DNA from: Paraphysomonas bandaiensis
Lineage: Eukaryota; Protista; Chrysophyceae
Assembly (NCBI GenBank): GCA_965644295.1
Contig: CBFFRP010000162.1
Location: 1-64,000 of the forward strand
Length of the DNA: 64,000 nt
Direction of reading: 5' to 3'
The translations under genes were made by a program, and so were the position numbers. The notes under the pieces are model-generated. The model was not told the DNA's origin and did no database searches. It was given only the letters and a program-made list of their open reading frames with translations. Below are positions 24,185 to 37,117 of the stretch, one piece after another. Positions within the stretch are counted from its first letter, which is position 1; each line of letters opens with the position of its first letter.

Positions 24185-27100
24185 CTAAGCGAAACTCATT
24201 GAGGCCAAACTAGACAACAAGTGGATAAAATTAGTAGACAAGAGAGAGTGTTCCGATTACACACCTGGCTGTATCATCTTGGCTACGCACTGACATTGTG
24301 TCTGAGTCATCGTTCATATGTCTGTAACCACTCAGACTCTCCCCATCACCACCAAATATGTCAGCAACAGCTGGTCCTCCTTCCTCTATACCCTGATGAC
24401 CTATAGTCGCCCTATACAACATAAGTTATCTCGTTTTCTAGGATCAATATAAAAAAACTAACTGTGGCTGTCGATAGGCTCCGTCGTATCTAGCATCGAA
24501 TCTGCTGTCCGGCCCACCCTGAGGCCTTCTTCTGGAACTGATATGATCTGCACTGTAGTGCATAGAGTCTGGGTGCTCACCCCATGCCCGACCTCCGATT
24601 CCTACCAATATAGGTCAATAACAAGCACGTAAGGTGTATTATATGCCGTGATAGTACACTCCATGCTGTGCGTACAAGTAGTGCCATTACCTTGTGCAGG
24701 TGGTGGTCCACCATATCCTGTGTCGTATGAAGGATGGAAGGAAGGTCCTGGAGGAGGACCATACATCCCGCTCGTCGGGCCTTGCTGCTGTTGCATTGCA
24801 CCTGGAATGCCCGTGCCAAGTGCAGTCATATAAAGGCGTTTGTCGTTAAGGGCGGTGCGGGGCTTTGGTAAGCTGATCATAGATGGCTGGAGATTGTTTA
24901 GCGGTCCCTCTACTAAGCACTCCCTTTCTTGAAAATGAAGTAAAAGAGAGTTCCAAAGAGCGTTGCGTGCCAGCAATCGAGCATTTCCGATGATAACAAC
25001 CCCATATTTGGCTCGGGTGAGGGCGACGTTGAGACGCCTCGGGTCACGCAAAAACCCAATGCCCTGTTGCTCATTGGAACGTACACATGACACAATGATG
25101 AAGTCCTTCTCACGACCTTGAAAAGAATCAACAGAAGCAACTTCGATATCAGTGTAAAGCTCGGTACGCATAGGGCCGTTGCGCTCCATATGAGTTATCA
25201 CATAAGCCCTTTGCCCCTCATAAGGGGTGACAACACCGATTTGTTCCGGCATAATGCCATTCTTGAGCATCATAGTCACTAACTTTTCAACTGATGCTGC
25301 CTCAGTTCTATTCAGGAAAGACGTGCCAGAGGGTCCAATTTCTTCGATGCCATTAGAACAGAGGAAAAACATTGGGCGGGAAGGATTCGGCCATGGGAGG
25401 TCGACACCAGGCAAACTACGTTCGACATCACTCACACCATTCTGCAATGTCCCCTCATAAAACATGTTGGACGGGAATTCCGAAAGCGAGGGGTGCATGC
25501 GATACTGCACCTGCAAACGGATGGGGCGGACGCCGAGGCGCACAAGCCGCTCGAACAGACTCTGCGTGAGTCCAGCCTTAGCTGCCTGTTTGCACATCAC
25601 CACTGGCCCCAGCTGACAGTGGTCGCCAACTAGCACCAACTGCTTCGCACCCATCACTATCGGGATAAGGCACTCACTCTCCATGGCCTGAGTGGATTCG
25701 TCAATGAGGACCTGACGAAATCGAAAATCCATTAGTCTCTTATCCCCTGCTCCGACACAAGTTGTGCATATGACATCAGCAGCTTGCAAAATATCAAATT
25801 CTGCCTTGGATTTCAATGCGCGAAATCTCCTCGCATCCGCAGCAGTTAGGTCACCCAATTCTTCCTTGAGCAAGAAATATTTGCGAAGCTCTGCTGGTGT
25901 CTCCAGGTGGCGCACCATGTAGTGTAGAGTAAGGTGGTCGATAGAAGACGATATGGCTTCTCTTGATTTCGCGGACATACGCACCACTTTGAGTCCTGAC
26001 ATGTGAATCTTTTCGCATAGTTGGTCAACAGCAACATTGGAAGGGGAGCACACCAGTACTTGACCCATATTCTGCTTGGCGAGATGGTACACAATAGAAG
26101 CGCTAGTTACAGTTTTCCCGGTTCCAGGAGGTCCTTGGATAAGACTCAGAGGTTTTTGAATAACAGATCGCACAGCAGAAAGCTGAGAATGGTTCAATTC
26201 CGGTAGACCGGGTACAGAGAGTTTCGATGGCACGTTAACTCTGAGTGCCTGAGGGTCCACCTCGTGGCCAAGAATCCTGTGGTAAAGGTATCCTGACACT
26301 GATGTGTCATCCACTGCAAAAGTCTTCAGTGCAGCTTGCATCCTATCGTATGATGTACTCTTCCATACAAACGTGATAACATACCCTTCCACAATATCAA
26401 TCGGCACAACATTATGCCTCATCTCAAGATGAATGTCACCATGCTCTATTTTCAGGACATGGCCTGTTCCATTCCAGGGCTTGCCGTATAGGCGCGTAGA
26501 AGTAGGATCCAAACTGAGCCGCAGCTCATCTCCAGGAACTAATCGTAGCTCAGTCTCATCTCGACCCAAAAATTGGAATATAGCTACACGTTTTTTGTTT
26601 AATCCCATATCCCATCTAATGGTGATGTCTTCAATGCGGGTATTTTCTTTGATCCTCCGGTCGTACTCGGCCTCCAGCTTTACTAGCGGGCCCAGAATGT
26701 TTTGGTAATTATACCCGTCCTCATAAGCCAGTAGTACTGACTGTACTTCTTCATCTACTCCAGGTCTTTCTAGGTCAAAGAGTGTGGCATCTGGTTTCTC
26801 CCGCCAGAGTTCTTCCAGCTTATTTATCTGGGAAGTTGTGATTTGGCGAGCACGTAGCTGTTCTTGCTCAGTGGGAACCTGCACCAACCAGGGCAAAAAG
26901 GCGCGGTCCTCTATTAACGGCATCCACTGGGAAAGATCCCAATCCATATCCTTCAATGCACCTAGACCAAGACAGGGCTCACGACAGAGTAAAACCACAA
27001 CGGAGTCATTCTTTGCAGGGATGAAGCCTAAGAGAAAGACATTTCTTCCTCCACAGTTGTAGCACTCGAGTACAGTCTCACCCAAGGGGGAGTCCGGATG

Positions 27101-27638
27101 CAGACTAACCTGCTTGTTTCGAGACCGTACTAGATGCTGAATAATATGTGAGGCTGATGTGTTGCCTCTGCCATTACAAAACCACTTGGATGAGTCCACA
27201 CATTTGACAACACAAGCTGGGTCTGACAAGCCGCAATAAGAGCACGCATATTCCGACATATCACCATTAAACCCTTCTTCATCTCCATCTCCACCCATAC
27301 CACTATACATACTCGCGGTCTATAATATCTATCATACAAGTATAGCATATAGATTATATACATACATCAAAGTCGTTGTTACCACCCGTTCCATTCATCT
27401 GTGAGAAGGGCTGTGATAGGGCAGATATTTCCGACCTTTCATCAGGCCAATCACGCTCTTCAGTATTGGTATTACTCTGTTATATAATGAATTCTATGGT
27501 TACTTCTATAATATATGATTATATCACCTGTTCAGCTCCATCTTGCAGTAAATCATTAATATCCAAATGAGATGCTTGAGAGGATATATCCCAAAATCCA
27601 CTGGTATCTTCTGATTGACTGTAAACAGATTTATCCAT
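24185..27638 (-). CDS. UPF1: Regulator of nonsense transcripts 1 (SF1 RNA helicase)
   Basis: CH domain ACSYCG...[69 protein letters not shown]. Two short 5' exons from the ATG at 27638; spliced 3' tail inferred to stop at 24185. Confidence 0.97.
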
Positions 27639-28099
27639 AATATATAAGAGTCTAATATAATGGTATGATCTATATAGTAATTACTGTAAGTGGTACTATA
27701 TATAGATATGTACGTATGTATGTATGAGTGGGTATGTATGGATTTCAACACCACTGGCCCCATACAAAAAGAACACTTCACATACTTCGACACTCCATAC
27801 AGCTGCTGTATATGTATATATTGAGTCACTTCTCATACATACTTCGACTTCTTTTTTTTTACTATATATATACAAGTTTAGTGGCTCTTATTGAGTGAGT
27901 GTGTATGTGGTGATGATGAGTGAGAAATATTTCCATATGTTTAAAAATGAAAAAAAAAGACCCTTGTATTCTGTATAATACACACTGTAGTCCAGACAGA
28001 TTTTTATTCACTGTATTCTAAGATATACACATGAAGAATACACTGTAGTCATGTGTATATCTTAGAATAAAACGGACGGTTTTGTTTTTACTTGTGTGT

Positions 28100-28250
28100 T
28101 ATACATACATACACACACACAGCAGACTACACATACATACATATACATATACACATACCCACACATACACATACATACATATACATACATACACATACAT
28201 ATAGATACATACACACACCCATCTCTCACTATGTATATATATACACACCT
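28100..28250. repeat. Degenerate CATA/CACA low-complexity tract in the UPF1/calpain divergent promoter
   Basis: Mixed ACAT/ACAC units ending about 70 bp upstream of the calpain ATG. Confidence 0.8.
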
Positions 28251-28318
28251 CTTAGCAGTTGTTACACTTATCATACATATTCATATATCACACATAATAC
28301 ACTCTCTCTTATTCAAAC

Positions 28319-31300
28319 ATGAGTTATGATGAAGAAGATGAGCGTACAGAGGAAGATAAGATCATAGAGATCATTAATATTGAAGGGGATGGTGCACTCT
28401 ATGAAGACTCTGATTTTATCCCTAATAGACAAAGTCTATATGAAAATGAAGGTTTTGTACCATATTATGATGCTGATGTTGCAAGTTTAATTGTATGGAG
28501 ACGTCCTCATGATATTGCCAATTATCCTGTATACTTTAGTGAGTCGTATGGTTATCCGAGTGTTACACAGGGAACGTAAGTTCATTTCTATATATAGAAC
28601 ACTATGTATTTAATCTAATTTATAATATAGTCTTTCAGATGAAGTATTTATTGGGGTATTAATGGCTGTCTGTACATACGATGATAGTGAATTGATTGAG
28701 AACATTATATACTCCCGACCTGATGACTTTAAGACTTATGGTGTATTTACTTGCCGGTTCTATGTGGAAGGTGAATGGGTGGAGGTTATTACGGACACAA
28801 GAATTCCGTGTTTAATGGATGAAGAGGATGATCGTGTGCTTCCAGTGTATAGCAGGTCTCCTGTCCGGAAAGAGATGTGGGTGTGTTTGGTAGAGAAAGC
28901 CTATGCGAAGGCGCTGGGGTCATACGAGGCTATCTCGAAAGTAAAGATCCATGAGGCACTACTTCACCTGACGGGGGGCAGTGTGCAGGAGCTGCGTTTT
29001 ACTGAAGATCAACTGGGTGATCAACACAAACTAGCCGCATTCTGGGCTCGTCTCAAGCAGCTTTTGAGTCAGAGAACACTTATCCTGGCTAGGCCCACTG
29101 ACATGGAATGTAATAGGAACGGTGAGGACGACGCTGAGGCAGGTGGGAACAAGGACGAGCCTGAAAATTATGAAGGCATAATCCCGGATCGTCTCTACAC
29201 AGTCGTAGCTTACAAAGAGGTAGGCATGAACGAGCTTGTGTTATTGCGGTGCCCTTGGGAGCTGGAAGACAAGCGGATCGAGTGGGAAGGAGATTGGAGC
29301 GAGAGTTCTTCTAAATGGGACGAGTATCCTGATATGTTGGCGGCAGTACAGGATGATCCCAACATTAAGTGGAGACGCAACAATCCCAGAGGATTTATGT
29401 GGGTGGCATACAAGGACTTCATGAAGCTCTTTCAGGCCATATTCGTCTGCAAATTGTTCCGAGGGGATTCCTCTCATTGCCACTATTACTGCGCAAAGGG
29501 AGAGTGGCGAGATAAACAAGCGGGAGGGCCCATGCTTTCCATTCGAGATAGGGGTGAGGGTGTAAAACTGGCGATGAAAGAAGAGATGCGATCTTTGCAA
29601 AAGGTACCCGTCTGTGATATGTTATGGTGTTTGGTAAACTAACTCTATCCAATTTTCTCTGCAGGCGACAGCTGCCGTGATAGTTGACGGAGATGCTTCC
29701 TGGTTCAACAATCCTCAGTACAAGGTTGTTCCTAGTGCAAATGCGGTGCTCAATATATCCCTCTGTCCTGTTAATGTGGGTAGCGATGACCCAGACTCCG
29801 CGGATCCAAGTCCGAATACGTTGCCAATGGTATCAATTAATGTAGTGCGTATTAATAGCACAATGGACATGAACCATCCCAGTGTCGGTGATTCGTTGAT
29901 GTGCAATGTAATAGCGAATGAGAAACAAGAGGGCGTGCATAGACAGAAGGCTCAGGAGGCGTCAATATGGAACCTACGAGTGCAAGGCAATGCGACATAT
30001 TTCATTGTTCCAAGCACAGCCAGAAGGGGCCAGAGATGTGGGTTTTTATAGTAATATGTAATTAACAGGTTTGATGTGTTCTTATCTATAGGTGGGTATG
30101 TCCTGCGTGTGTTTTCATCGGAGCCACTTACTCTTGAGCGCGTGCCCCCACGCATTATCCGGACTACCACAGGAGAGTGGACCAAGAGCTCTGCAATGGA
30201 CAGTACTGGCGGCCCTCCTCTCCTTGCCCTCCAGTCAGAAGATAAAGCTGCTGCTGCCACTATGGTTGAAAACTCAAAGTGGTGCCAAAATCCACAATAC
30301 CACTTGAAAGTTACAGATGACTCTGAACGTGATAATTTATATATTAAAATAGTGGTTCGACGAACGGATAAAGTATCACAGAACACTCGATCAACTGCGG
30401 CATCTGAGCACACGAAAGATGCCTTCATTGGGTTGGTTGTTTGTAAACCCGAGATTCAGGAAGAGGTAAAGTCGCACGGGTCTAAAGTTGGCAAGCCGCG
30501 CTTGAATCCATTCGGCGAGGTGATCGAGTGTAAAGCTTCCTCACTTAAAAAACCTCAGTCACGGAGTTCTAGTCGCCGTCCACAAACTGCTCCAAAGCCG
30601 AATGACGAGGAGCGGAAAGTAACTCGAAAGATTGCACTTAATCCGCTGTACTATTCTCAGACAACAACATTCAACAGTCGCACTGAAGCGTCCGTGTTCT
30701 TTCCGAAGCTCCCTCGAGCATGGATGCCAGATGGTCTACTTCTGATTCCATGTTTAAGTGAACGAGGTGTGCGGGGTATATTTGAACTGGAGGTGTACGC
30801 TAATTGCCGAGTGTCATTGGAACAGCTTCCCGAAACACGTTCACGCAGCATTGCAGGCGAGTGGGTCGAGAACCTTTGTGGTGGGTCGCACATATGCCCG
30901 ACTTACAAAAAGAACCCGAGATTTCAACTCGATCTCATTCCGCCATCTGCTCCCTCCAAGGGAAGTAAAGAACCTTTTCCCACACGAATTGGTGTTCGAA
31001 TATCACTGTCGAAAACGGGTTCCTCATGGCGGTCACAGTGTCGCAAAGATGCGGTCGGCTGTATGGTAGGCTTCTATGTCTTTATCGTATCTCGCAGTGA
31101 GAACGGACCAGAGTCACTCAGACAGATATACGAGAGTCCTTTTGCCCCTACTGAGGAAGTCAGCACGGACATAGGGTTCGAACTGGAGTTTCTGCCTGCG
31201 TCAACAGACACTTACATTATCATGCCCACCACTTTCGATGAAGGAAAAGTGGGGTCTTTTGTGTTGTCGGTATCAGCGGATTGTGACTTTACGCTGACTC

Positions 31301-31329
31301 GCGACACACCAGCTTCCACTCATAAGTAG
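28319..31329 (+). CDS. Calpain-like protein (CysPc plus three domain-III repeats), catalytically inactive
   Basis: WRRP, GVFTCRFYVEGEWVEVITDTRIP, WVCLVEKAYAKALGSYE, LTGG, EWEGDWS; three GEW...GG...NPQY/NPRF repeats. Introns at 28576-28630 and near 29604-29664 and 30039-30091. Confidence 0.88.
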
Positions 31330-32190
31330 TAGTTCGTATTTTTAATGCGGCTGTAACTATATTGCTAGGATGATGTGTAGACTGTATTGCGGGATTTTGT
31401 GAACGAGTGATGCTGTGGTACTGTAGTGTGATGCTTTCTGTTGTTACAGGATTAATAAATAGTTTTTATACATATTCGATGAATAATACGTACAATCATG
31501 ACTGTTTCACGAACGAAATTGTTCGTAATCTACGAATAATGTACTCTTGTATTTTTTTGCTCTGTGCTCTTTACATACAAATACGTATAGCATTCCTTTT
31601 CATTATTTTCGTTTCTGGGGGATTATTGGACCTAGTAAATTAGATGCAATTTCTTGGTGACACCACACGTAGTGAATAGTGAAACTATGCTGGACAAGGC
31701 AGGGATTGAAAATCTAGTCATTAGTTATTAGTGACTGGGGTGACTATAGGATGACTAGGTGTTTATGGTATTCACCTAGCCATTAAGTAATTTATTACTT
31801 AGAGATTCACAAGTAGATTCTTACACCTAAATTAGTGTGACTAATTTATATCACCAAATTCATGTTGTATCAACTACCAATAATCGTTTCCATACAATAT
31901 TAGATATCACGATCTTAAACGGTCAATATATTTCAGCTTCACTACACGATAGCTATTATAACATTAGTTCCCATAGTACAGTGTTGCCAGTTAACCACTT
32001 CTTTATCTTTCCATTAACAGTCATAATTCAAAAATCTTTGAACCACAGCTTTTCATTTCTTTCAAACAGCAAAACTCAACGTATTGTAATCATTTTTTTG
32101 AAGCGTACTGGATTTAGTTATCATAGAACCCAAAACACTTTTGATAGGCCTTCGTATCAATTAAGTGTCCATTATTGAAATCGTAATAAA

Positions 32191-32486
32191 AAGTCGATGT
32201 GATGCCCAAACCTGGTAAAGTGATTTTACCAGGTTTTGTTGGTGGATAGTAGATACTAAAAGTAACGTTGTTATATGTTTAAACAATTACAGGTGTGAGT
32301 TGTCAACGCAATTATTATTAACTTAAACTGCTATAAGTGTTATATTTCTACAGAAGTAGATAAAAATAGCAGTACAAGTTAATAATAAGCAGTACAAGTG
32401 CAAAAAACTTCAATTTAAATCAACATTTTCAAAATTTCACCAGGTTTCGAACGCTTTACCAGGTCATTTGGGCATCACATCGACTT
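32191..32486. mobile_element. MITE with about 30-bp terminal inverted repeats
   Basis: AAGTCGATGTGATGCCCAAA-CCTGGTAAAG at the left and its reverse complement (with a 3-bp insertion) at the right; AT-rich non-coding interior. Confidence 0.8.
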
Positions 32487-32589
32487 ATAATAGAAACTGG
32501 GACCTCAAATCATAATAGACATTATAATTGACTCCAGCTCGTTTCAATTGGTATAAATATACCCTTTTTTTATATTAAAGAGTTGGTAT

Positions 32590-33864
32590 AAAACGGCTCT
32601 ATGAAGATGAAGAAGATGATGACAGTGAGAGTCTAGTTCAGAATGACGGCGCAGCGCACTGTTAGATTGGTGGTAGTAGCCGAAGCGAGCACGTCTTAAT
32701 CAGAAAATTCGTTCCCGCAGCATGAAGCACTTGCATTCCACCACCAATAAGATTGAAAGATTGTTCAGTAGAGCTAAGATTGATATATGACTAATATGCA
32801 CAAGAGTATTACTTATGTTTTCACGCATAAACCATCGCGTCTGGAATGAAATGATAGTTGAGATAGCTATATTGGCCGCTAATGTAGTTTATAACAGGGA
32901 TAGGGAACAATATATTGTATTGCAATACATTGTACAATATATTTCAATATATTATTATAAAATATATTGATTGGTGGACTGGTCAAATATTCCATCAATA
33001 TTGTTTCTGTTAAAAAGTATCTCACAATACATTGCAATATATTGCAATCAGTATTATGATAGTCATATTATACAGAAAGATTCTTATTCTTAACTGTAGG
33101 GTAAAAATTATAAGTCCACGTGTATAAATCTCCGTTCAGACGTTCAGATAGTGATTATTGCAACAATACGGAAGATGATGAAACTGAAGTTGGATATGCG
33201 GAGAAAATTCTTCAATCAGCTCAAAAGTTTAAGAAACCGAAAGTTGAAATAATATCTAAGTACAGGTGCACGAGTCATGTAGTATGTACTTCCAATACAT
33301 GTGAACGCCTGTTCAGCGCAGCAAAACTGATTATATCAGTGTTGCGCAAACGTATGTATCCTACTACACTTAAAGTACTGCTATTTCTGAAAGCTAACCG
33401 ACAGTTGTGGCCGGATGCAAGCATGCTTCAATTAATATGGGATGAATATATATGATGATGTCACCGATGATGGCTCAGACGAATAGTATGAGGAAAATTT
33501 TAATCAGTTAAGTGTAGTGGGTCTGATTATCAAGTGACCTTAGATCTTATAATGACAAGTACTAAAAACTACGGATGTGTTTACTGTTTACTTACTGATT
33601 ATAGTCATACTAATATATGGCAATATATTATTGCAATAGTATTGTAGGGCCGGTTTAAAAACTTCATCAATACTTTTGATGGAACGCTATCTAACAATAG
33701 TACTGCATACTGCAATATAATTTTCCCTATCCCTGGTTTATAGTTTAGTATTAAATAATTGCAATAAATTGCAGTTAATTGCAACAATTGAAATTGAGAC
33801 AGCAAGTAATAATTGCAATTACAATTTACTACAACCTGCGTCAATTAATTGATACGCAGCCCTG
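32590..33864 (+). mobile_element. Older hAT relic (dimerisation-domain fragment and right end) interrupted by a younger hAT
   Basis: HSTTNKIERLFSRAK at about 32735-32780; right end ...GCAGCCCTG at 33864 with AATTGCA subterminal repeats. Confidence 0.55.
32895..33735 (+). mobile_element. Non-autonomous hAT transposon with TIRs and 8-bp TSD
   Basis: TIRs CAGGGATAGGGAA/TTCCCTATCCCTG, flanks GTTTATAA/GTTTATAG (7 of 8 match), internal hATC fragment TSNTCERLFSAAKLII...LLFLKAN (33120-33455). Confidence 0.9.
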
Positions 33865-34386
33865 CTTTTTGAGGATAATCACGTATCAGTTTTTAAATTC
33901 TTCGTGAGTCTGTTCGCTTATGAGAAAATTTTAGCTGTGGCTTTATCATCGTTATGTATTATGTATGTATAAGTTACAATTCTGTAAGATATAGTAAATA
34001 TGTAAATATAATGCAACACATTTCCTAACTAGCACATTTCCTCAGGGAAAGGAATTATTAGTTATATCTGATACATATTGATAGTGTGTAGTTCGACGCA
34101 ACAGCGTTCTTTCAATTTCTCTTCGCACATGGTACTCACTCAATTCCAAACAATATAAAAAGTGCACTGAAAGATCATATCGGCATACACTTCACTACCG
34201 GAGTGCATACAGGACACTGTTCTCGGCATATAACACCACATCTTCAAGTAGGCATTGTAAAATACTGATAGTACATAAATTCAATTGTCATCAAATCAAG
34301 TCAGAAATAGAATGAATGCTATGTGATTCCCCAATGCACGTAGCATATTTGACACCATCCACAATAGTAAATGTGAAACTGTGAAC

Positions 34387-36943
34387 TTACAATCCTAAAA
34401 TAGCGGATTGTCTCATTCTGTTTGTACTATCGGTTGCTTCCAAAAGAGGTGATGGTTTCATTTTGTGAATCGAAGTGTACACATCTGTTCACACAATAAA
34501 ATATTTTATCAGACCGAATGTACACACACCTACCTAGTAAAACATGCTCGATTTCTGAAACTACGAAAGGTCGTTTTAGAACGACATCACCACCACAGCG
34601 CACAAACCTCTCGTTGGTGTCGGGCATGTTCTCATTTGATAATAACACAGTCTTTCCAGTAAATCCAACTTTTCTAATGTTTGAAATAACTGCAAGGGGA
34701 TTGCGTCCGGGCAAATCGCAATGGATAAATATGACGTCGATAGGATCCGCCAGACTAACTGACATATCTGCCGCCGATATCGTCTCGTTTCCATTGCATG
34801 TTTCTACGGTTTCCTCAATGTGTCCGCAGTTACCAAGGGCAGCCCGCACTAGCTCCCGCGTTTCTCGGCAGGTGGACGCAATTAGTACGCGCTTCAGCTC
34901 TACATCAACAATTGTTATCACCTTCTCCTCAACGTTGTATCCCATTTCTACATCTCCAGCGTCGTCGTCGGAGGTCATCAAAGTGGGGTGTTTCCGCTCC
35001 GAACCCGTGGTCAGATCGTCTACTGTGTTGATCAAAGATATGGTGGGGTCCACAGTCTGAAGCTCAATGAAAAACATGCAACCCTTTCCACATTCAGACA
35101 CCACCCCCAAATTACCATTATGCAGTTTGACAAGAGTATTGGATACTACAAGGAAAATGTATGAGCAAAAAAATATGTGCTTATATTTTGCAGACAACAT
35201 AGTCAGCTACTATTAACACAGTTATATTACAGCGGAGGAATCTACTCACTCCAAACTCCTACTCCCGACCCTTCAGCTGCTGCTGACGCGGCATTGTCCT
35301 GCATTGTCCTTCTAAATATTTCAGCTTGCTTCTCCTATGTGATTACGACGTAATCAGATATATTCGGAAATAGGTCTAGGAGTTACGATACGGCGGTTTA
35401 CCTCAGGTATGCCAGGACCAGTGTCGTGAATCTCAATCCGTAATATATCGTCCTTCGACCTTAAACCATTTTCCTCATCACCAACTTCCTCCGCTGTCGT
35501 ATCACGTTTTATGAAACAGAATACACTTACTTGTCCCCCCGAGGGGGTATATTTCAAGGCATTGGACACTAAATTCCGAATGACTTGCGTTATCTTATTC
35601 TCATCTACATCTATCATCGCATTGAGTGCATTGTCGTGGATGTATTCTGCTCCACGGTACGCCAGAGTTATATCAGCCCGTCTGGCCTGCACGGAAAAGT
35701 AATACCATGAGACAGTCATAAACACAATTACAGAATACGCACCATAAACTCCATCGGCTTCATGGCATTGCAGATCACATCCACAGCTCGCACTATTCGC
35801 CGATATAGAAACAGCTTATTATCTTCCATATCGTCCACAATAAATATATCGTCCAGGACGCGGTCAACCAGTCCACATGAAACTTTAATATCTGACACCA
35901 AACGCTCTAATTCTTCGGCATTAGCCAGCCGGCGGCTCATATCAATGGCCAGATCTAGACCGATGTAGACAGTATCAAGCGTCATCCGTACTTCTCTGGA
36001 TACGTATTTGACAAACCGTTTTTTGATAGAAAACAAGTTCTGTACCAAGAACACGTAAATTAAATGTAAAGTAACTTCATCAGATCACCTCAGCAGTAGA
36101 CTTTTCTTTGCGCGCAATATAAGCAGGTATCATGGCGCCTAGTACACTTACAACCACGTCGTTGAGTATATTTTGCGCAGTGTTGACGTATAGTCGCTCC
36201 AGATTCATTGGTTCTGATTCTCCCGGCTGCTCAAGGCTCAACTTCAGAATAACCTTGATAAGCAAGTTGATGATTAGCAGTACAGAGTAATAATGGCTGT
36301 ACTGCGCATCGTGGGTGTCCACATTCCTTGATTTGCATGACTGCACTAGTCGGGATACGACTACGTACAAGAACGTGGCCATCCAGGAAAGATACACAAA
36401 GTTTACCACTGTGTACACTACGATAGGAATGCGGTCAGGGAAGAAAGGGTACCAAACACGTGCATTAAGGTCACAAGAAACAACAAGTACCCCAACTTCA
36501 TAAACTCTTCTGGAAAATAAAGAAAAATGTTTAATATCATGATACATATGACTCATAAGAGCAGATCGTAATAGAATACTCTTTGCAATAGTACTTGATA
36601 TAAATAATACTTTAGAATGTGATTTAAAATACATTATTGCACTAGGTACTAATAATGATAATATATGAGTAAATCTTGGTAGTGTGATAGTATATGGAAG
36701 ATTGACATCTAAGAAAGCCTCTAACATGATTGGTATCGTTACAGCCATTGCAACTAATTCAGAACGTACAGCAAATTCAAAAGCATGATCTGATATACCA
36801 TCTTTAATATCCTCATCTATAAGATACCCCATAAAATAAGGGATATATATAGAAAATGCGGATATATATGCACATCCCAGAAAATAATAGATTGAGAAAT
36901 CTTTTTTACTTTTACGTGTATTAAGTATGTGATATGTAGTCAT
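34387..36943 (-). CDS. Membrane hybrid histidine kinase-like protein (multi-TM, HisKA, HATPase_c, REC) with degenerate phospho-sites
   Basis: About 7 hydrophobic helices, KKRFVKYVSREVR, N box QVIRNLVSNALKYTP, G1 DTGPGI, G2 GSGVGVW, KLHNG, REC-like RVLIA...DVIFIHCDLP...VLKRPF. The last exon is inferred; the alternative unspliced stop is at 34427. Confidence 0.85.
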
Positions 36944-37015
36944 TAGTAATATCAAAGAATGATAAAAGAGAAGAATAGAAGGATATGATTGTATATAGAA
37001 GTTATAGAGTGTTTA

Positions 37016-37075
37016 ATGTATGTATGTATGTATGTATGTATGTATGTATGAATAGTGAGAGAGAGTGTTACCTTC

Positions 37076-37111
<36 letters not shown>

Positions 37112-37117
37112 TGTATG
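37016..37117. repeat. Two short (TATG)n arrays
   Basis: 37016-37050 and 37082-37117, starting about 72 bp upstream of the histidine kinase ATG. Confidence 0.95.

Noticed and set aside
36100-36943. About 7-TM input domain as a rhodopsin (histidine kinase rhodopsin)
   Set aside because: The last helix reads NDVVVSV, with no retinal-binding Lys (DxxxK), and no other opsin motifs are visible.
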